Shown here: piece after piece, positions 53,946 to 64,000 of the stretch
How positions within the stretch are numbered: position 1 is the first letter of the stretch
Layout: each line of letters starts with the position of its first letter
From: the human T2T-CHM13v2.0 reference genome, Homo sapiens
Length of the DNA: 64,000 bases
Assembly: GCF_009914755.1 (NCBI RefSeq)
Contig: NC_060933.1
Strand: one strand, 5' to 3'
Notes under the pieces: model-generated
What the model was told of the DNA's origin: nothing
The model's database searches: none
Seen by the model: only the letters and a program-made list of their open reading frames with translations
Position numbers and translations under genes: made by a program

Positions 53946-56815
53946 ATAGATGTTCTGTAAAAATATACACAATTTTTACAGACAAATACATTTATAAGTT
54001 GTTTTTATCTTAAAAATTGGGGATATTTCATATTTATAACTAAATATTGAGCCTTAAGTTTTCTTGGCCATTTCTAGGCTAATAAACTAAGAATCATGTA
54101 AACTAAGCCAAAGTAGAATAGACATAAAAGTCCTGAACACTTCAACTTCCTATCCTTCAAGAAGTATACCTCGCAAAGCTCATTTGAGAGAGGAAAAGCT
54201 TTCCTCCACCCTCGGTTTTACAGTGCTGAGGCTTCTCATCACATTTCTATGACTTGTAGCTTAAATCTATGTTACATGGTCACTGGCATTGTTAGTGCTT
54301 CTCTTTTAACACTGTAGGAATTAATCAATTTGGTGGCATATTTAATTAATTCTATCACTAGAGGATTGTAAAATTACATATATGAATACCTCACTTTAGA
54401 GGCCACTTAATTTTTTTCCAAGGGGATATTTGACTATATTTCACTTGTGTCTTATTTAATGATTTTATAATTTAAACCCTAAATTATAAATCTAGAATTT
54501 AGAAAGTATATTTCCCCACTGGATTACATTTTTGGAAATATTACTTTATATGTGCACAAATATTACAAAATCACTGTAGACACCTGAAAACTATATTATC
54601 TTTTAAAGACAATATTTACATTAAACTGGTATAACAAAATTGTTTGGTGCATTTTTTCCAGTACATTTTGTGTATATTACATGTTTAACCTTTTTTTATT
54701 CAGCAAATAATTTTTGAGTATCTACTAAGTGCTAGGTTCTGCATTACTAACTGAATTTAAAGAGTGAAATAACAGACATGGTCTCAGACAATAAAAATTA
54801 ACATTAGGTCACTTATTTATACATTTTTAAATGGTAATTATGAAAACTTTTTGAGATTTTTAACTAGATAACATTATAATAACGCACTTGATGTTGTTAA
54901 TATTTGCCAGTGAGCAAAAAAGAAAATAAAAAGATGGTTTTATTCAATATACACTTTAAAATTGCAGAAAATAGTCAAGTTTCTCTGCTTTGCAGTTGAA
55001 TGTCTATGTGTTTTTCTCTGCAACTTGGCTTTTGTGGAGTGAAACAATTATTCTTCCAGCCCAATGAAGGCAGAAGAGTAATAATAAATCTAATATTTTA
55101 AATGCTTATCAAAAGATAGTAAACACATTATTTCAGAATACTGAGTTCAATAAGTTGACCTACAAAAAAAGCCAAACTGACAGTATTACTGAATAAGGAA
55201 AGGCCCAAAGAGACAAAATACTTTTTATTTTGTAACCTCGGTATGACACAACTTACCCTAACTATAAAGACCCTAAATTACCAAGATGGGTGCTTATAAT
55301 ATGGAGAGTTACAAAGTCATTTCACTTTTAGCTTTTTTATTTCTCTCAGAATAAAAAGTGTATAAGGAGTTGATAAAGAAGTTGATACTATAAGTTAGTA
55401 CTACAATGACAGCACTTTTCAAGAAAAGACTTTTTTCTCTCTTACAAATATCATGTTAGCAGTATTTGTTTTCTCCAGAAATAATGAGTAAATAAAAACA
55501 TAAGTATGTGGGTAATTAGTGTAGTTTCTTAAATAAATGAGTTAGGCAACAGGCTAATAATGTATATTTCACTGGCTTTTCAATGCCAACAATCATATTC
55601 TTTATAAGGCACAGAGAAGATTTTTCTAAAGAATAAGTATGTGAACCTGAAAAGTAATCACCACTTGGTAGTGACAATATGGATAGGGTGAAGGGCGTCA
55701 CCAAGAAGCAATGAAAAGATACATTTGCAGTTAAATTTGAAAACCATGATGTTTAATACATATAGTAATAAAGAATACTTTCTCCTGTCTCAAAATTATT
55801 TTAGAATTTAAGATAGAAGCTAAAATACCTAGGGATAATGATATGACTATCAAAAATTAAAAATTAAAGGATATTTTGAGTATTATAAATTAAGAATGAG
55901 AACTTATTACCCAATGAACAGGGGATAATTCATTATGCTCCATATCCATTGAATTAAAAGACAGGCCCATTACCTGGATAATTTGAAAGTTTAATTTTAT
56001 TTAAAAGTCTTGTTTCATTCATCAAGCTAAAGGATTAGCTCCCAGAAATATTCCAGGATTGCATATCCCCAACTCTGTAGGAAGTATAGAAAGAATGTTA
56101 TAAGGGCCACCATCTAAACATTATTATATAAATAATTTAGTACCATTCCATTTGCCTTTGTAGATTTAAAAATGTAAATGGCTTTCTCATATTAGGAAAC
56201 ATCACTTTTCAAAACCCAGGTAAACACAGTATATTGCAAGAGAATAATTATTTTCTTTATTAAAAAAGAAATACTGGATGCTAAGTCCAAAAGACATAAA
56301 TTATTTTATACTAATAACTACTAATATTTTATTCATTAAAATATAAAGGTCAAAGATTTCAAAATGATCTTTAAATGATTAATAACATGTTGATCTTTTT
56401 CTTCTTTCTGTAAACCTTTTTGAGTCTTAACAATACTAAACTATGCAAGCAATATTAAATAGTATATAAACTTGGATTAAAATATTCAAATTTACTAGAA
56501 TGTGGACATTGGAAAGAATGAAAATAAACAGAAGCATAAAGCAGCAGATATAAAATTAAGAAAGCAACTAAGAGTGTTTAAAGTGCATATTCATCTGTAG
56601 TCTAATGTCTACCATAAACAATGACTCTTCTCAGTAAAACACAAATTGTTCATGAAGGGAAAAAGCATGTTGTATTAGAGCATATTCAACATAATTTTTT
56701 TAGTACTAACTTGTGCCTGGAGTATTATTGGTTTTTCTATTATGAACTTATGCACTTGATAATTTTTTTCATCAAAATTGTATGTACAACTCCATTCAAA
56801 AGCAGTTTTTGGTCG

Positions 56816-57121
56816 TTTTTTTTTTTTTTTTTTGAGACAGAGTTTTGCTCTTTTCACCCAGGCTGGAGGGCAATGGTGAGAATTTGGCTCACAGCAACCT
56901 AGCAACTTTTGCCTCCCAGGTTCAGGTGATTCTCTTGCCTCAGCCTCTCAAGTGGTTAGGACTACAAGCATGCACCACCATGCCTGGCTAATTTTGTGTT
57001 TTTAGTAGAGACATGGTTTTGCCATGTTGACCAGGCTGGTCTTGAACTCCTGACTTGAGGTAATCCGCCCACCTTGGCCTCCCAGAGTGCTGGGTATGGG
57101 CAAGAGCCACCATACCTGGCC
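56816..57121 (-). mobile_element. AluS element
   Basis: TSD tcaaaagcagttttt at 56796-56810 and 57122-57136. Confidence 0.93.
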
Positions 57122-57465
57122 TCAAAAGCAGTTTTTAAAAGCAAACACAATATAACACCAAAGTTGAAAAATCCATGCTCACCCAAGGATGCCAGGTTTA
57201 ATAAATTATTGATAGAATACTACATCAAAAATAAGACAATAAACCAAAATATACCATTAAAGATGTATCCACTCCTACAACTAGAGATAACTAATCTATC
57301 TGGTAGCAAATGATACTTCAATCAGTTTCAGCATGTCTGAAATCTTTAAGGACAAAAGTGATAAAACATGACTTCATTCTTCATTAGCCTCTTAGAACAC
57401 TTGAAGGAAAATAATTTCTGAAGCACGAAGAGGTAAAGAGGTGTAATCTTTCAAAAAGATATTCA

Positions 57466-57785
<320 letters not shown>

Positions 57786-58317
57786 AAGAGTGTAATATCG
57801 GTATACACAGATAATATACTGAATGAAACAAATAGAATAATTTGAAGAGGTATCTTGATGAACAAGGAGTCTTTAGAAAGGTTGTATTTATGTCTTTGAA
57901 GGAAATTGCAATGTGAGAAATTAATACTTTGACTACTATAGTAAAAGTTTATTGCTAACATCTATTGAGTTATTAACGTGTGTTAGGCAGAGTACCATAT
58001 AATTTACAAGTGTTATCTCATTTATTGTAGGTAAAATGTAATTTCAAACTCTGGGAGTATAAATGAATTAGATAGAATAAAATTCTATTTAAATGGCCAT
58101 CAGTAAATCGGTATCTAGGAACAGGGTGATACAGTGCCCAAGTTTTCTATTCTTACTAAATGTTGTGTTTCCTTTTCAATGTTTTCTTGGATATTGCTCT
58201 TTTTTGGTGATTTTGATTTTTTTTATTTTAGAAAACTAATAAATTGACTCTTCTTGGTACTGACTCGGGTTTTATAGAAGAAAAAGTAATTAAATTCTGT
58301 ACATTTACCTTTACCTC

Positions 58318-59700
58318 ATTTTTTCTCTTTTAAATTTACTTTAATTGACATACAATAAATGTACATGTTATGGGGTACAGAGTGATATTTTGATATATTT
58401 ATGCAATGCGTAAAGATCAAGTCAGAGTCATTATCATATCCATTACCTAAATCATGTATTATTTCTTTGCAGTGAGAATATTCAAAATCTTTTCTTTTAG
58501 TTATTTGAAAACACACAATAAATTCCCATTAACTACAGTCACCCAACAGTGCTGTAGAGAACTAGAAGTTCTTCCTTCTCTCCAGCTGTAATTTTGTATG
58601 TATTAAGCACATTTTTCTTATACTCTTCTTTCTCCTACTCTTTCCAGGATATGGTAACCAAAACTCTACTATCTACTTCTACGAGATTAAAAATTTTAGC
58701 TTCCATACATAAGTGAGAACACGTAGTTATGTGGTGTTTATATTTCTATGCCAGGCTTATTTCACCTAACATAATGCCCTCCACTTGCATTCTTGTTGCC
58801 ACAAACAACAGGATTTTGTTCTTTACTATGACTAAATAATATTCCATTATATATGTATGTCACATTTCTTTATCCATTCATCTGTTGATGGACACTTTTG
58901 TTGATTCCATATCTTGGCTATTGTGAATAGTGCTGTAATAAACATGGGGGTGCAGGTAACTCTTTGATATACTGATTTTCTTTCCTTTGGATATATACTG
59001 AAAACCATATGATTAAATTAACAAACACAATAAAAGCGTTTGGCAAAATTAAATATTCTTACATGACAAAAAACTTCTCAACAATTTAGTATAGAAAATA
59101 TATGCCTTAACACAAAGGACATAAAGGACAAATCTACAGCTAAGATCATACTGAGTGTGGAAAAGGTGAAAGATTTTACTGTGAACAAGAAAAAGATTTT
59201 ACTGGAACAAGAAAAGGATGCCTATTCTCACCAATCATATTTCACATAGTGAAAGTCTTAGCCAGGACAATTAGGTGAGAGAAAGAAATAAAGGACATCT
59301 GAATTGGAAAGGAGACAGTCAAATTGTCCTTGTTTAAAGACAATGTGATCTTATACATGGAAAAAAATAAGACTCTACCAAAAGCTTCTCAGGGTGATAC
59401 ATGAAATTAATAAAGTTGCAGGATATAAATCAACATACAAAAATCAGTAGCATTTCTATATATTGATAGTAAACTAGCTGAAACAAGAAATTAAGAAAGC
59501 AATTCCTTTTACAATAGCTACAAAAATGTACTTAGAAATAAATTTAACCAAGTAAAAGATTTCGACAACAAAAATGACAAATATTAATGAAAGAAATTAA
59601 AGAAAACATAAAAAAGCAAAGACATCCACGTTTATAGATTGAAATAATATTCTTAAAATGACCCACTATCCTATGTGATTTACAAATTTAGTACAATCAC
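58318..59700. mobile_element. L1MA element with internal inversion (minus 3' end 58318-58999; plus ORF2 RT segment ~59000-59700)
   Basis: Antisense 3'-end text stops at ctttggatatatact, and sense RT-region text (gaaaaccatatgatt...aaaaatcagtagcatttctata) starts immediately. Confidence 0.8.
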
Positions 59701-60408
59701 TAGCTTGTATTTTTAAAAGCACCTTTGCTGCATATTCTTAACATATTCAATGACAATGCCTGGATTTAAGTTTGAGGTATTATTATATCTATTTTATACT
59801 GGGCACAATATAATGTTATCAGAGGTAACGGTTTTGATTGGTCCTAGGTCATACAGTAATATATACATTGTCATTTATAGACATGCTATCTTTTAATACT
59901 CAGGCATTTAGAAAGTTCATTTAGACAAAGTTATAAAAACTTGCCTTCCTTTCTGCCTATATCACCTAAAAATCCTAATTTAAGAGGTAATAACATTTTT
60001 TATTTGATATACAATTTATCAACACAATAAAAATCTAACAATTATCATGTGCAGAGTGTGAAAATCTCATCAGATTAAGGAACACAAAGACATCTTTTTC
60101 ATATTTTGAATGTAAAACTGTTTTGGAAACTGTTATTTTTAGAAACAGTTAAAAACATTGTTTCATTAGTTTTTCATGTAAAATTGTGACAACCAGCATG
60201 AAATAACTGTCATCACAGAAGCATGGTATATTCGATTCCGAAACATATTCTTTGTAAGTTTTAATATATTTATGTATTATTTATACTTAATTGTAACCCA
60301 TAATGTACAGATATGATTTTTCCTTCAACTCTTAAGAATATTCTTAAATAATAAAATTAATGAATTATAATTTTTGTTGGTTGGGAAAAAGACACACACG
60401 TGACAGTG

Positions 60409-63400
60409 CATCACTTCACCTCATCATTTCATCTCATTTCATCTTATCCTATCTCATCTCATCATTTCATATCATCTCATCATTTCATCTCATCATTTCA
60501 TCAAATCTCATCTCATCTCATTTCCATTTCATTTTCATTATTTCATCATTTCATTTCACTATTTCATTTCATTTCATGTAATTTCATTTATTTCATTATG
60601 TCATTTCATATCATCTCATTTCATTTCATGTCATATTTTTTATATCATTTTTCGTATCATTTTTCATCTCATTTCATCTCATGTCATATTTTTATATCAT
60701 TTTTCGTATCATTTTTCATCTCATTTCATCTCAATTCATTTCATCTCATCATTTCATCTCACCTCATCATTTCCTCCTTTCTTTTCAACATTTCATCTCA
60801 TTTCCTCTCATCTCATTTCAATTTTATTTCGTTATTTCATCTCATTTCATTATTTCACCTAATTTCATTATTTCATCTCATCTCATCTCAATTCATCTCA
60901 TCTCATCTCATCATTTCATCTCATTTTTCATCTCATCATTTTTCATCTCATCATTTAATCTCATTTCATTTCATCTCATTTCAGCTCATTTCATGTCACA
61001 TCTCTTCATCATTTCAACATTTCATTTCATCTCATCATTTCATCTCATCTTTCAATTTCATTTCAATATCATCAATTCATCATTTCATTTCACTTCATTA
61101 TTTCATTATTTCATTTCATTTCAATTCATCTCATTTTTCATCTCATCATCTCATTTCATCATTTCATCTCATTTCTTCTCATTTCATCTCATTTTATCTC
61201 ATTTCATCTCATCTCATTTCAATTTCATTTCATTATTTCATTTCACTTCATTTCATTTCATCTCATCACTTTATCTCATCTCATTTCATCAAATCATTTC
61301 TCATCTCATCTCATTTCATCATTTCATCTCGTTTCATCTCATTTCATCTCATCTCACCTCATCATTTCATCTCATCCTTTCATTTCATCTCATCGTTTCA
61401 TCTCACCTCAGCATTTCATCATTTCATCTCATCATTTATTTCATCTCATTTTATCTCATTTCATCTCATATCTCAATTCAATTTCATTATTTCATTTCAT
61501 CTCATTCATTTCATCTCATTTCATTACATCTCATTTCCTCTCATCATTACATCTCATCTCATCATTTCATCTCATCATTGCATCTCATCATTTCATCTCA
61601 TCATTCATCTCATTTCATCTCATCATTTCCATTTCATTATTTCATCATTTAATTTCATCATCTCATTTAATTTCACCTCATTTCATTATTTCATTTCATT
61701 TTTTCATTTCATTGTCATTTCATTTCATCTCATTACATTTCATCTAATTTCATTTCACCTCATTTCATCTCATCATTTCATTTCATCTCATCATTTCATC
61801 TTTTCATCTCATTTCATCTCATCATCTCATCAACTCTTTTCATCTTATCTCATCATTTCATTTCATCTCATCATTTCATCTCATCTCGTATCTTATCTCA
61901 TTTCAATTTCGTTTCATTATTTCATGTCATCTCATCTCATCTCATCATTTCATCTCATCATTTCATCTCATCACCTCATCATTTCATCATTTTATTTCAT
62001 CATCTCATCATTTCATCTCATCTCATTTCGATTTTATTTCAATTTCATTTCACTATTTCATTTCATCTCATCATTTCATCTCACCATTTCATTTCATCAT
62101 CTCATCTCATCATTTCATTTCATCATTCATCTCATCATCTCATCATTCATCTCATCATTTCATATCATCATTTTATCTCATCTATCATTTCATCTCATTT
62201 CATCTCATCTCATTCCATCATTACATCTCATTTCATCTCATTTTATGTCATCATTTCATGTCATCATTTCATCACATCTCATCTCATCATTTCATCTCAT
62301 CATTTCATCATTTCATCTCATTTCAACTCATTGCATCTCAGCTCATCATTTCCATTTCATTATTCCGTTTCATGATTTCATTCATTATGTCATTTCATCT
62401 CATATTTCATCTCATCTCATCATTTCATCTCATTTTATCTCATCTCATTTCATCATTTCATCTCATCATTTCTTATCTCATCATTTCCATTTCATTTTCA
62501 TTTCATTATTTCATCATTTCATTATTTTATTTCATCTCATTTCATTATTTCATTTCATTATGTCATTTCATTTCATCTCATTACATTTCATCTAATTTCA
62601 TTTCACCTCATTTCATCTCATCATTTCATTTCATCTCATCATTTCATCTTTTCATCTCATTTCATCTCATCATCTCATCAACTCTTTTCATCTTATCTCA
62701 TCATTTCATCATTTCATCTCATCATTTCATCTCATCTCGTATCTTATCTCATTTCAATTTCATTTCATTATTTCATGTCATCTCATCTCATCTCATCATT
62801 TCATCTCATCACATCTCATCATTTCATCAATTTCATCATCTCATCATTTCATCTCTCATTTCGATTTTATTTCAATTTCATTTCACTATTTCATTTCATC
62901 TCATCATTTCATCTCACCATTTCATTTCATCATCTCATCTCATCATTTCATTTCATCATTCATCTCATCATCTCATCATTCATCTCATCATTTCATATCA
63001 TCATTTTATCTCATCTATCATTTCATCTCATTTCATCTCATCTCATTCCATCATTACATCTCATTTCATCTCATTTTATGTCATCATTTCATGTCATCAT
63101 TTCATCACATCTCATCTCATCATTTCATCTCATCATTTCATCATTTCATCTCATTTCAACTCATTGCATCTCAGCTCATCATTTCCATTTCATTATTCCA
63201 TTTCATCATTTCATTCATTATGTCATTTCAACTCATCATATTTCATCTCATCTCATCATTTCATCTCATTTTATCTCATCTCATCATTTCATCATTTCAT
63301 CTCATCATTTCTTCTCATCTCATCATTTCCATTTCATTTTCATTTCATTATTTCATCATTTCATTATTTTATTTCATCTCATTTCATTATTTCATTTCAT

Positions 63401-64000
63401 TATGTCATTTCATTTCATCTCATTACATTTCATCTAATTTCATTTCACCTCATTTCATCTCATCATTTCATTTCATCTCATCATTTCATCTTTTCATCTC
63501 ATTTCATCTCATCATCTCAACCCTTTTCATCTTATCTCATCATTTCATCATTTCATCTCATCATTTCATCTCATCTCGTATCTTATCTCATTTCAATTTC
63601 ATTTCATTATTTCATGTCATCTCATCTCATCTCATCATTTCATGTCATCATTTCATCTCATCACATCTCATCATTTCATCATTTTATTTCATCATCTCAT
63701 CATTTCATCTCATTTCGATTTTATTTCAATTTCATTTCACTATTTCATTTCATCTCATCATTTCATCTCACCATTTCATTTCATCATCTCATCTCATCAT
63801 TTCATTTCATCATTCATCTCATCATCTCATCATTCATCTCATCATTTCATATCATTTTATCTCATCTATCATTTCATCTCATTTCATCTCATCTCATTCC
63901 ATCATTACATCTCATTTCATCTCATTTTATGTCATCATTTCATGTCATCATTTCATCACATCTCATCTCATCATTTCATCTCATCATTTCATCATTTCAT
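60409..64000 (+). repeat. (CATTT/CATCT/CAT)n pentamer-based satellite, running off the window end
   Basis: 3.6 kb of tcatttcatctcatc-type units, almost G-free; ~840-850-bp higher-order period from ~61.7 kb. Confidence 0.95.

Noticed and set aside
60400-63437. 731-, 323- and 220-aa His/Ile/Ser/Phe-rich ORFs
   Set aside because: Translations of a G-poor satellite strand that rarely forms stop codons.
60409-64000. Calling the terminal satellite HSat2/HSat3
   Set aside because: Canonical CATTC and CATTCGATTC units are essentially absent.

Overview
Primate (human-like) non-genic DNA that reads as a pericentromeric segmental-duplication mosaic. No intact protein-coding gene is supported. In order, it contains: (1) old L1/MaLR/L2/Alu-filled sequence; (2) a 2.2-kb GC-rich 'GCCGCGGCTTTTTG' repeat block (11.06-13.28 kb) with a perfect, palindrome-bearing 28-bp sub-array; (3) a transposed slice of the immunoglobulin kappa locus, holding an IGKV1 orphon (both ATGs and the promoter octamer mutated, but V exon open and 12-RSS intact) flanked by two decayed, mutually homologous V-kappa relics in opposite orientations that the ORF track misses; (4) an internally deleted HERV-L provirus whose 3' MLT2A LTR carries a second, inverted MLT2A LTR; (5) a frameshifted RING/B-box exon of a TRIM43-like gene; (6) from ~60.4 kb, a (CATTT/CATCT)n satellite with an ~0.84-kb higher-order period. 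I found no convincing novel functional system. The best leads are the V-kappa relics, the retained RSS, the nested inverted LTR and the repeat architecture. Repeat subfamily names are by-eye calls, and boundaries of old repeats are approximate.
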